This document shows, piece after piece, positions 48,456 to 56,253 of a stretch of 64,000 nt of DNA. Position numbers and translations under genes: made by a program. The stretch is from contig CAKQGN010000001.1 in assembly GCA_934233745.1 (NCBI GenBank), positions 397,566 to 461,565 of the forward strand, written 5' to 3'. The notes beneath the pieces were generated by a model. That model searched no databases and had not been told where the DNA came from. It saw only the letters and a program-made list of their open reading frames with translations. This DNA is from an uncultured Clostridia bacterium (GTDB lineage Bacteria; Bacillota; Clostridia; Christensenellales; CAG-917). Position 1 is the stretch's first letter. Each line of letters opens with the position of its first letter.

Positions 48456-50246
48456 ATGAATTCCACAGCATACGCAAAAAGGACGCTATACAAACCTATC
48501 GATTTCTTCTTCCGCGGAGTGGCAGACACTTCGGGCAAGACGAAAAAGATTGCGTTTGTCGATGCGTTTCAAGTTCTGAACGATCGTTATCTCGGCAGAA
48601 TGAGCGTATGCAATTATTTTTACATTGCGGAAGGCTCCGTGCGCATCAATGAACTCAACATCATCGCCCTTGAAGAACTTGTCAATTACGACCTCGTTAT
48701 GAAGGAAAATTTCCTTATTCCCGATGTCACCTACAATTTGCCGTTGTCCACTCGTTTTTTGGAAAATGACAAAGATTTTGATTTGCTTGTCGATGCGCTC
48801 AAAGATTTGGGCTACAAAAAGGGCGGTTTGGTTATTTCGTTTTTCGTATCGTCTTTGACAAAATTGGACAAAGACGGAAAGGCAAGATACAATCGTTTGC
48901 GCAAAGCGGGCTACAAGATTTGCGCCACGGCTTTTGGCGAGGACTACAACTCGCTCGATATTTTTGCCGATTTCAATTTTGATTATCTCAGATGTGAAGC
49001 GCAGTATTTCGACACCGACAAGAACAAGAAAAAAGTGCTTGCGATGCTCATAGGTTTTTGCAAAGCCAACAAAATCGGTTTCATAATGGAAGGCGTGGAC
49101 TCGCCCGGTCAGTATTCGCGCTTCAAACGCGAAGGCGTAAAACTTATGACGGGCAGAGGAGTATCCAAACTTTCGCGTTGGGTGACCAACGAGTTTTTGG
49201 GACTCAAAGATCCCGAAGGCGAAAAGAAAGAGCAATATCTCAAGAAACTTCAAAAGGTTCTCGACGCCAAAGAAAAGGCGGAGCAAGCCGAGCTTGAAGC
49301 GTTGCGCAGGGCAGCGATAGAAAAGGCAAAAGCAACCGAAGGCGAGAAGGTTATGCCTTCGGCACCTCGTCCCGAACTTGCCAAGTCGCCCTATCAGGTG
49401 CGTCTTGAACAGCAAAAGCTGAGCGCAAAGAAAGCGACCGAGGAGAGATTGCAAGCGCAGGCGAAACTTGTCGAGCAGGATCCGAAAGAAACTGAGGAAA
49501 GAGAAAAGAAACTCATCACCGAGATGTCGCGTATGCGCTATGAAGGTGACGTGCAAAGCGCGCTTGCGTTGTCTTTCGCATCGCAAAAGAAGAGCGAACT
49601 CGGCATAGACAGACCGTTTGAACATAAGACCGAAAAGGTTGAACAAAACGCAGCCTCGGAAGAAGAAAAACCGCAACCGCAAAGTGAAACCATAGTCAAA
49701 GAAGAGGAAAACAGCGTTGCGGCTCCCGTCCGTCCAGAAAAACCGTCGGGATTTACAGCCCACAAGAAACCCAAGAGAATCAAAGCGGACTTTGACAAAG
49801 AGGAAAAACTTTTCAATGAATACAAGTCCGACAGTCTTTTCGGCGGGCTGGGTATGGATTCGGGCATGAAAGGCTTTGGCGTCACGATGCACATTGCGAG
49901 CAAGGATAAGGACGAGCCCGATCTTGTCGGAACATACAACGACAAAGGTCAATGGGTTGACGAGGACGGCAACGTGTTCAACGGCTATTTCGATGTCGAA
50001 GGCAACTGGGTTGAATACGAGCAGTTTGACGTGAGCAAGGAAGGCTCTTACAACGAGAACGCGCAGTGGGTTGACAAAGACGGCAACGTTTATGACGGCT
50101 ACTTTGACGAGGAGGGCAGGTGGATAGATTACACCTACACCGATCCGAGCGGCGAAATCGTCGACAACGGCTACTTTGACGATAAGATAGGCAAATGGGT
50201 TCCGTACGGTTACTTTGCAGGGGACGGGACATACCACAAATTTTGA
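48456..50246 (+). CDS. degenerate EAL-domain protein with a Lys/Glu-rich coiled-coil region and C-terminal GYFD-x-EG-x-W repeats
   Basis: EAL-fold landmarks are recognisable but mutated. EAL->DAF, DDFGTGYSS->TAFGEDYNS, EGVE->EGVD. RBS AAGGAGAG before the ATG at 48456. Confidence 0.7.
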   Translation: MNSTAYAKRTLYKPIDFFFRGVADTSGKTKKIAFVDAFQVLNDRYLGRMSVCNYFYIAEGSVRINELNIIALEELVNYDLVMKENFLIPDVTYNLPLSTRFLENDKDFDLLVDALKDLGYKKGGLVISFFVSSLTKLDKDGKARYNRLRKAGYKICATAFGEDYNSLDIFADFNFDYLRCEAQYFDTDKNKKKVLAMLIGFCKANKIGFIMEGVDSPGQYSRFKREGVKLMTGRGVSKLSRWVTNEFLGLKDPEGEKKEQYLKKLQKVLDAKEKAEQAELEALRRAAIEKAKATEGEKVMPSAPRPELAKSPYQVRLEQQKLSAKKATEERLQAQAKLVEQDPKETEEREKKLITEMSRMRYEGDVQSALALSFASQKKSELGIDRPFEHKTEKVEQNAASEEEKPQPQSETIVKEEENSVAAPVRPEKPSGFTAHKKPKRIKADFDKEEKLFNEYKSDSLFGGLGMDSGMKGFGVTMHIASKDKDEPDLVGTYNDKGQWVDEDGNVFNGYFDVEGNWVEYEQFDVSKEGSYNENAQWVDKDGNVYDGYFDEEGRWIDYTYTDPSGEIVDNGYFDDKIGKWVPYGYFAGDGTYHKF

Positions 50247-50318
50247 GAACAAAATTTGCGAGTGATATTCGCCCACCATTGCTCAAACGGCGCATAGGTC
50301 ATGGCAACCGTCCCGAAT

Positions 50319-50350
50319 GTCATTCAGAGGAGCAAAGCGACGTGGGAATC
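50319..50350 (+). repeat. single REP-like unit (GTCATTCAGAGGAGCAAAGCGACGTGGGAATC)
   Basis: Same family as the units at 52338, 53108 and 57647. Confidence 0.7.
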
Positions 50351-50526
50351 CCCTAAATAGAAACGAAAACCAAGTGGCGATTGCCACAGACCTCGCTTGT
50401 TTTCGCAATCACTAACCGCGCAAGCCCTCTTCACTCTCAAAATGAGAGGGATAAAAACTCAAACCGCAATTCCGTGCGAGTGCTTGCTTGGTGTTTAGCG
50501 TGCAATGCACGCAAGCGGATAAACGA

Positions 50527-50867
50527 AAACTTATTCAAGGCGTACTTATAAACGGAATGTGTATATTCAGGGTGCGAGCCGCAACGGCGGCGAGAAAATG
50601 GAGCGCCGAGCTTGACGGATAGTACAAGCGACTGCGCCGTGTTGTTGCGTAGCTGGCGCACAAAGCGCAGTGGCATAATGAGGAAAATGCCCCTATCTAT
50701 GCGAGTGCCGACTGTCTCCCCCGCGAACGATGGATAATCTTGTAGAGAATTGCCTCTATTTGAGTGGTGGGAGAAAAGCCCGAAAGGGAAAGAGGGGGCG
50801 CATCTAATTTAGAGTTCACGCCATTCAACTTTTGTAGAGTGCAAACAAAACACGTGAGGAAGGGGGA
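50527..50867 (+). repeat. structured interspersed element, copy 4 (5' half intact, 3' half rearranged or degenerate)
   Basis: The 5' blocks are conserved up to CTATCTATGCGAGTGCCGA. After that the order of the TTGTAGAG and CACGTGAGGAAGGGGGA modules is permuted. Confidence 0.75.
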
Positions 50868-50924
50868 AGCGGATAAACATAAAATCCCGCACCGTTATCC
50901 TGATAAAAACCAACATATAAAAAT

Positions 50925-52046
50925 ATGAGCGAACAAGAAATCAACAACACCCAAGCAGAACAGACGACTGCGCAAGACGAACAATCCGACCAAACCGAGC
51001 AATCGGCATCGGAGCAATCTGCCAAGTCGAAAAAGTCTGCAAAAGGCGCAAAGGGCGACAAAAAATCCGCCGCTGCGACCAAAAAGGAGCAAGCCCGCTT
51101 GAAAAAAGAGTGGGAGGATTCTATCGTTGCTTCAAAAAAGGTCAAGCATGAGGAAATGCGTCGCAAGCTCAAACGCGCCATGCTGATCATGCTTGTTTTT
51201 TCGCTTATCGTGACGTCGGTTGTGTACATTATGCTTTTGTTTGTTCAAGAAAACAACATTCGCATCACGGCGAGCAACCGCAACAAAGAAAAATCAATCT
51301 CGTTGTCGATGGACAACGATTTTTGGACGCCGTACCTCAATGCCGAAGGCCCGGAGCATATGTGGAACATTAGTTATGATGTCCGCTACAAAACCGAGCA
51401 ACTTGACACGATTGCCAAGGTTGCCGAAATGCTTGAGGCGGACGAAGTGCAACTTGGCACACAAAACGGCGAGCAATTTATCAGATTTGTTTTCATGCTC
51501 AAAAACACGGGCAACGAGGCGGCGCACATCAACTATGAGATGACTCTTGAATTTGACAAGCACAAACTTCACGACGCCGTTCGCGTCACATGGGGCGAGA
51601 GCTTCAAGAATCCGAATGCAGAGCTTGAGAAAAAAACCGATGTAAAGGTTTATGCCGCTTTGTCCAAAAACGAGCGTCTTGCCGGTTCAAACATCAATAT
51701 CAAGGGTGACGGCACGCCTCGCACGGCGCAAGAGGGCTTCATCGAGTATGTTGCCTATCCCGGCGACTTTACCACACAGGTTCACAAGGGCGACAAGTAT
51801 TATTACGTCAAGGATTATGAATCCACGGTTGACATTGACAAGCGATTTGACGATATGGCAAACGGCTTTGTTGCCACGACGCCGTTCTTTTCGGACGAAT
51901 ATGTATTCCAACGCGAAGCGGACATGGCAAAAGGTGACATTATGTACTGTTATGTGAGCATCTGGCTTGAGGGGAGTGACTTTGAATGTATCGATGACCG
52001 ATTGGGAGGTTATTGCAAGATTGGCTTGAACTTCTATGCAACCTAA
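50925..52046 (+). CDS. membrane-anchored paralog of the two SipW-signal proteins (acidic/Lys-rich cytoplasmic N-terminus, one TM helix, exported domain)
   Basis: The C-terminal motif YCYVSIWLEGSDFECID..GGYCKIGLNFY parallels YYITMEIWIEGTDAECIQ..GGGITLKMEFVY in the 53502 gene. Confidence 0.6.
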   Translation: MSEQEINNTQAEQTTAQDEQSDQTEQSASEQSAKSKKSAKGAKGDKKSAAATKKEQARLKKEWEDSIVASKKVKHEEMRRKLKRAMLIMLVFSLIVTSVVYIMLLFVQENNIRITASNRNKEKSISLSMDNDFWTPYLNAEGPEHMWNISYDVRYKTEQLDTIAKVAEMLEADEVQLGTQNGEQFIRFVFMLKNTGNEAAHINYEMTLEFDKHKLHDAVRVTWGESFKNPNAELEKKTDVKVYAALSKNERLAGSNINIKGDGTPRTAQEGFIEYVAYPGDFTTQVHKGDKYYYVKDYESTVDIDKRFDDMANGFVATTPFFSDEYVFQREADMAKGDIMYCYVSIWLEGSDFECIDDRLGGYCKIGLNFYAT

Positions 52047-52071
52047 AAATTCGCCGAAAGGCGAATTTTTC
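52046..52071 (+). terminator. intrinsic terminator
   Basis: AAATTCGCC-GAAA-GGCGAATTT hairpin plus a T-run. Confidence 0.75.
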
Positions 52072-52073
52072 AA

Positions 52074-52165
52074 TGATATCGCGCTTTGCTCGATGATATC
52101 ACTTCGTGCGATGCACGATATAATTACGGAGTGATATCACCGCACAATGTGAGACATTCACGCCC
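52074..52165. repeat. hairpin/GATATCAC array (includes the perfect palindrome GTGATATCAC)
   Basis: ..GATATCGCGCTTTGCTCGATGATATCAC TTCGTGCGATGCACGATATAAT TACGGAGTGATATCAC CGCACAATGTG.. . Confidence 0.65.
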
Positions 52166-52337
52166 GAAAGGACAACGTGCGACACCAATGCCCCTACTCG
52201 TGTCATGTTGAGTGCATAGTGCGATACACACCCTCATGTGTCATGTTGAGCGGAGTGAAACGCAGTCGAAACATCTCCTGGAAAGGAAACGATGTGAATT
52301 GTCGCAAGTATAGCGCACAACAATTCAATTCTTCCTT

Positions 52338-52430
52338 GTCATTGCGAGGAGCAACGAATGTTGCGACGTGGCAATCTAGCGGAGCGAAATGCGCCTGACG
52401 GCTGGATTCCCACGCTACGCTCGGAATGAC
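52338..52430. repeat. composite REP-like palindrome (two inverted GTCATT.CGAG..GGAATC units)
   Basis: GTCATTGCGAGGAGCAACGAATGTTGCGACGTGGCAATC-TAGCGGAGCGAAATGCGCCTGACGGCTG-GATTCCCACGCTACGCTCGGAATGAC. Confidence 0.8.
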
Positions 52431-52492
52431 AGTAGGGTGGGACACCCACACCTGATTGACAAGTGGGATATTCCACAATCCGAGCAATGTGA

Positions 52493-52582
52493 GGATATCA
52501 TCGTGCGTTGCACGATATCATCACAAAGTGATATCACCGCCGCAGGCGATATCATGTGCGCAGCATATGCCTGCGCATCACC
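52493..52582. repeat. hairpin/GATATCA array
   Basis: GATATCATCGTGCgtTGCACGATATCAT CACAAAGTGATATCAC CGCCGCAGGCGATATCAT GTGCGCAGcatatgCCTGCGCATCAC. Confidence 0.65.
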
Positions 52583-52937
52583 TGCGAAGCGCGGCATTTT
52601 GTCGCATTTTCCCACTTTTATTAAAAAAAGTATATCAAAAGATTTATCGTGGCGGGCGGGCGCAGGTATGCTCGCGCACATTCGCGTACATTCGCGCGTC
52701 ACGCGCTCGCTTACGCACGTTATTATACAAAATATGCATTTTATATATTATATACCGCATAAAATTATCAAAATATGCAAAATCATTGCATAAAAGCGTA
52801 TAAATATCCAAAATTACATTGCGCAAGAAAACCGACATAATCGTACATATGTACGGACATCATACATTTGATGTGGATAAAATCATGCGTTTTGTAGGGA
52901 AAAATGTTGAAACCTAAAGAAAATCTTAATTTTGGTG

Positions 52938-52966
52938 TTGACATTTATGCATTGTCGATTTATAAT
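52938..52966 (+). promoter_or_regulatory. perfect consensus sigma-A promoter TTGACA-17 nt-TATAAT, ~535 nt upstream of the 53502 gene
   Basis: TTGACA at 52938-43, a 17-nt spacer and TATAAT at 52961-66. Confidence 0.6.
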
Positions 52967-52982
52967 TCATGTATAAACGAAT

Positions 52983-53022
52983 CGCATGTGTGCGTGTATG
53001 TACATGTACGTGCGCGCATATA
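52983..53022. repeat. 40-nt perfectly alternating pyrimidine-purine tract (Z-DNA-prone)
   Basis: In CGCATGTGTGCGTGTATGTACATGTACGTGCGCGCATATA every position alternates Y-R. Confidence 0.85.
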
Positions 53023-53107
53023 ATGGAGTGAAGAGGGCAGACGGTTGCGCAAATTCGCAATTTTACACCCCACCCGATAGACAAGTGGAATATTCCGATT
53101 CTTCCTT

Positions 53108-53201
53108 GTCATTGCGAGGAGCAACGAATGTTGCGACGTGGCAATCTAGCGGAGCGAAATGCGCCTGTCGGCTGGATTCCCACGCTGTCGCTCTGAATGA
53201 C
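53108..53201. repeat. composite REP-like palindrome (near-identical to 52338-52430 and, inverted, to 57647-57740)
   Basis: GTCATTGCGAGGAGCAACGAATGTTGCGACGTGGCAATCTAGCGGAGCGAAATGCGCCTGTCGGCTGGATTCCCACGCTGTCGCTCTGAATGAC. Confidence 0.8.
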
Positions 53202-53351
53202 AAAATGGTGGGACACCCACACCCGAAAGCACAACGTGTGACACCCCGTCCCCATGTGTCATCCTGAGGCACGAAGTGCCGTGAGGATCTCCTGGAAAGG
53301 AAACGATGTGAATTGTCGCAAGTACAGCGCACAACAATCCGATTCTTCCGT

Positions 53352-53400
53352 GTCATTCCGAGGGAGCGGAGTGACCGTGGGAATCCAGCCGTAAGGCGCA
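53352..53400 (+). repeat. REP-like unit (GTCATTCCGAGGGAGCGGAGTGACCGTGGGAATC + CAGCCGTAAGGCGCA)
   Basis: Same family. Part of a ~165-bp module that is also present at about 52240-52345. Confidence 0.7.
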
Positions 53401-53587
53401 CCCACCCGAACGCACAACAAAACAAAAACAAAAAAATAAAAAAATAAAATTTGGGATAAAGTTTTTTAGAAAGGGGCTTTATTCCGATAAGGAGAAAAAC
53501 GATGAAAAAGAAAGGTTTGATTATTTCAACAGTCGTGATGGTTGTTGTCTTGATTGCATCTCTCACCACCGCTACATACGCTTGGTT
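53401..53587 (+). repeat. outer inverted repeat, left arm (5' UTR, RBS and first 29 codons of the 53502 gene)
   Basis: About 187 nt, essentially identical (one A-run indel) to the reverse complement of 57443-57632. Confidence 0.9.
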
Positions 53588-54764
53588 CTCGGCGCAAGCA
53601 AGTGCGACAGTTGATGATCTAGCATTCACAACCAAGGCTGCAGATGGTCTTCAAATCGCTATGAAAAATGCTGGCTCAACAACTGCAGAATATGTTTCGG
53701 GCAACCTTACATACAACCCTGCTGCAACCGATAATACCTATTGGGAAGGCGATGTGAATGATTGGGGTACTAACCTAGGTTTTGATGCTATTGATATTGG
53801 TGAAATTACGGATGCAGTAACCTATCATACTACTCAAAATTATCCTGTATTTAGCGGATATACACCCGTTGCTGTTTTAGCGGTTAATACCACATATTAC
53901 ATTCCCACAAAACATGAAAATATTACTACTAAAGACGGATTTGATGCAATCTCAGGAGCAAAGTATTATGAGAAAGAATCTAAATATGTTCTTGCCAATA
54001 AATTAATTGATAGCGTAACAACTTACTACACAGTCAAGTCAACAAAAACGGGAAAAACAGCAGCAGAGCTTCCCAATAACTATACAGCAAATTCTTGGTG
54101 GGCAAGAGCTACAAGCACTGCGACTATAACACCTGAAGGCATTGAGAATAATGGCCAATTCCTCGTGCCTACTGGTTATGATGATTCTATTAACCCAATC
54201 GGTTATGCAAGTGCGGTTAGAAATGGCAATTATTACTATTTGACAATGGCTGTAAAACCAGTTACTGACGTTGACAAACTTGGTTTGAAGATGACATTTG
54301 GTGCCACACAAAATAAAGCAGCACAAACACTTGATACCTCTGTTACTCAAGGCAATCTAAATGGTGCTATGGCAGCTGCAACTCGTTGTAATATTCTTTT
54401 TGAAAACAGCGCACTTCAAACTGCAAATAAGTCAAAACAAAATATTGCTCCGTTCAGCGCATTCTATGTTGATGGAACATCGCTGAAAAAATATACAGGT
54501 GCAGATGATGCTTCGTTTAAGAGCAATGAAGATGGTGCATACAATGCTACTGGTGTATATGAATATGTGCTGTCAGACACTTCCGTCAAGGCTGGTACGA
54601 TCTACTATATCACTATGGAAATTTGGATTGAAGGTACAGATGCTGAATGTATTCAAGAAACTGCAGGGGGAGGCATAACACTCAAAATGGAATTTGTCTA
54701 TGACAAAAATGGAAATACCCCGGTTGCTGACTTCGCTGCTGGAACTACTGTTACATGGGCATAA
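53502..54764 (+). CDS. secreted protein with a SipW-dependent (TasA/camelysin-class) signal peptide, paralog A
   Basis: MKKKGLIISTVVMVVVLIASLTTATYAWFSA.. fits the SipW-cognate signal class (..T.AYF[ST]). A SipW-type peptidase gene lies 4 kb downstream. The body is more AT-rich than the backbone. Confidence 0.75.
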   Translation: MKKKGLIISTVVMVVVLIASLTTATYAWFSAQASATVDDLAFTTKAADGLQIAMKNAGSTTAEYVSGNLTYNPAATDNTYWEGDVNDWGTNLGFDAIDIGEITDAVTYHTTQNYPVFSGYTPVAVLAVNTTYYIPTKHENITTKDGFDAISGAKYYEKESKYVLANKLIDSVTTYYTVKSTKTGKTAAELPNNYTANSWWARATSTATITPEGIENNGQFLVPTGYDDSINPIGYASAVRNGNYYYLTMAVKPVTDVDKLGLKMTFGATQNKAAQTLDTSVTQGNLNGAMAAATRCNILFENSALQTANKSKQNIAPFSAFYVDGTSLKKYTGADDASFKSNEDGAYNATGVYEYVLSDTSVKAGTIYYITMEIWIEGTDAECIQETAGGGITLKMEFVYDKNGNTPVADFAAGTTVTWA

Positions 54765-54780
54765 TTCCAATACACTTGAT

Positions 54781-54853
54781 AAAAATTACAACAATATACA
54801 AGTCCCGATTCACACCGAATCGGGACTTGTGTTTTTTTTATCCCTCTTGAATT
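54781..54853 (+). repeat. inner inverted repeat, left arm; contains the terminator of paralog A (54798-54839) and the -35 box of the NTase promoter
   Basis: The 73 nt match the reverse complement of 56164-56235 with two differences. Hairpin ACAAGTCCCGATT-CACACC-GAATCGGGACTTGT plus T8. Confidence 0.9.
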
Positions 54854-54875
54854 GTCCACCCGTCAATGTTATAAT
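54847..54875 (+). promoter_or_regulatory. promoter of the NTase gene (TTGAAT-17 nt-TATAAT, TG-extended)
   Basis: TTGAAT at 54847-52 (inside the inner IR) and TGTTATAAT at 54867-75, about 30 nt before the ATG at 54906. Confidence 0.55.
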
Positions 54876-54905
54876 TTTGGTAGAAAGCCACAAAGGAGGA
54901 ATAAT

Positions 54906-55550
54906 ATGGCATATCATTTTGCAAAGAAAGCAGATGTTAAAGAAACCAACAAATGGTGTGTTGAAATTTTGAATGAAGTGCAAACCATTGTAAAAGATTA
55001 TTTTACATTTTCGTATGAATTGATTGGAAGTGGTGGCAATCGCCTTGTAACATACAATGACGGTAATCCATTTGATTTGGACTACAATATTATTATCCAA
55101 AAAGACAAGCAACATTTGCTCCAACAGCCAGACCAAATAAAAGATATATTCTTCAAAGCGTTTCAAAAGACTTTTTGCAAGAATATCAAAGATTTCAACC
55201 GAACAAACTATATAAAAATCAACAATTCAAAATCAGTTATAACTGTTAAAAATATTGAATATGGGAATTTGGCATTTTCTTTTGATGTCGCAATTTTGAG
55301 GCAACACCCCAACGGATATTTTGAAAAAATAATTTTTGATAAAAAGAATAATCGCTATATCTGGAATCAAGTCAAGGACTCAAAAGATTTGAACGATAAA
55401 GTTTTGCATGTAAAACAAAGACCTGGCTGGAACGCTGTGAGAGAACGCTATCTTGAATTGAAAAATAATAGTTTGCGAAACAATGATGAAACAAAATCGT
55501 TTTCGATATTCATTCAGGTCATAAACGAGTTATATCAACATCTTGAATAA
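54906..55550 (+). CDS. Pol-beta-superfamily nucleotidyltransferase (MNT/SMODS-like core with a ~100-aa C-terminal extension)
   Basis: The G-S...D-x-D signature ELIGSGGNRLVTYNDGNPFDLDYNII and a third acidic residue in AFSFDVAIL. RBS AAAGGAGGA before the ATG at 54906. Confidence 0.6.
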   Translation: MAYHFAKKADVKETNKWCVEILNEVQTIVKDYFTFSYELIGSGGNRLVTYNDGNPFDLDYNIIIQKDKQHLLQQPDQIKDIFFKAFQKTFCKNIKDFNRTNYIKINNSKSVITVKNIEYGNLAFSFDVAILRQHPNGYFEKIIFDKKNNRYIWNQVKDSKDLNDKVLHVKQRPGWNAVRERYLELKNNSLRNNDETKSFSIFIQVINELYQHLE

Positions 55551-55574
55551 CTCTCAAATCTATTAGATAACCAC

Positions 55575-55602
55575 CAACGGCGCGGAATCTTCCGCGCCGT
55601 TG
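55575..55602. terminator. bidirectional terminator shared by the convergent NTase and HEPN genes
   Basis: CAACGGCGCGGA-ATCT-TCCGCGCCGTTG, a perfect 12-bp stem. Confidence 0.7.
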
Positions 55603-55608
55603 AGTTGG

Positions 55609-56100
55609 TTAATTAAAAAGATTATTGTAACGTTGTTGCTCATCTTTCATAATTTTTGCAAGGTCTTCATTTATCAATGACATTTCTTCAATTAAATTTT
55701 CCAATCTTTCATAATAGAATGTTGGATTTGTTTCTATCAAATTCATTTGCAAATCTTCCTTAAACAATTGGTGTACAACATAATTGCGTTCATCACACAT
55801 TTCGTCCAATCTGTTTTGAGATTGCTGGACAAAGTAACCGTGTTCTTGTGCCTTTTTGAGGCCATATCCAAGCGGCTTACATTCGAGTATATGATACCAT
55901 TTTTCTGCTTTTTGACTTATGTTATTAAATTTTTTATAAGACATATTTTTGCTCTTATAGAAATTTTCACACAGTTCGTCTAGTGCCAATATATTGGCAA
56001 TGTTGTACTCAATCATTTGCGACAAATGCACCACAAGCCCAACCTTGCCCAACAAAGTAAAATATTGTTCTTCTTGCAATGAAAATTGTTGTTTACTCAT
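55609..56100 (-). CDS. HEPN-domain protein (R-x4-H motif)
   Basis: ..MCDERNYVVHQLF.. carries the RNxxxH HEPN signature in a predicted all-alpha, 163-aa protein. MSKQQF.. start at 56100 behind GAGGAG. Confidence 0.6.
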   Translation of the reverse strand: MSKQQFSLQEEQYFTLLGKVGLVVHLSQMIEYNIANILALDELCENFYKSKNMSYKKFNNISQKAEKWYHILECKPLGYGLKKAQEHGYFVQQSQNRLDEMCDERNYVVHQLFKEDLQMNLIETNPTFYYERLENLIEEMSLINEDLAKIMKDEQQRYNNLFN

Positions 56101-56141
56101 AACTAACTCCTCAAAAAATATCTCCCATATGTGGTGAGGAA

Positions 56142-56170
56142 ATTTTAGCACAACAACAGGCAAAATTCAA
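56142..56170 (-). promoter_or_regulatory. promoter of the HEPN gene (TTGAAT-17 nt-TAAAAT on the minus strand), mirror image of the NTase promoter
   Basis: The -35 box at 56165-56170 lies inside the right inner IR. The -10 box is at 56142-56147. Confidence 0.5.
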
Positions 56171-56235
56171 GAGGGATAAAAAAACACAAGTCCCGATTCG
56201 GTGTGAATCGGGACTTGTATATTGTTGTGATTTTT
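56164..56235 (-). repeat. inner inverted repeat, right arm; contains the terminator of paralog B (56178-56219)
   Basis: Reverse complement of 54781-54853. Confidence 0.9.
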
Positions 56236-56253
56236 TTCAAATCTTTTGAATTA

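Noticed and set aside
52177-52803. Small ORFs across the repeat mosaic (52177-52398, 52389-52793, 52986-53267, 53063-53635, 57422-57808 and others) encode recurring peptides such as SLRGATNVATWQSSGAKCA.
   Set aside because: They are translations of the REP-like GTCATTGCGAGG...GGCAATC units read in either orientation. They lack an RBS, overlap one another on both strands and are broken differently in each copy.
53502-54764. Paralogs A and B might be type IV pilins or pseudopilins because of the short charged N-terminus plus a hydrophobic helix.
   Set aside because: They have no G/FTLIE-type prepilin cleavage motif and no conserved Glu5. The ..TATYAWF[ST]A motif and the nearby SipW-type peptidase fit the SipW-dependent signal class instead.
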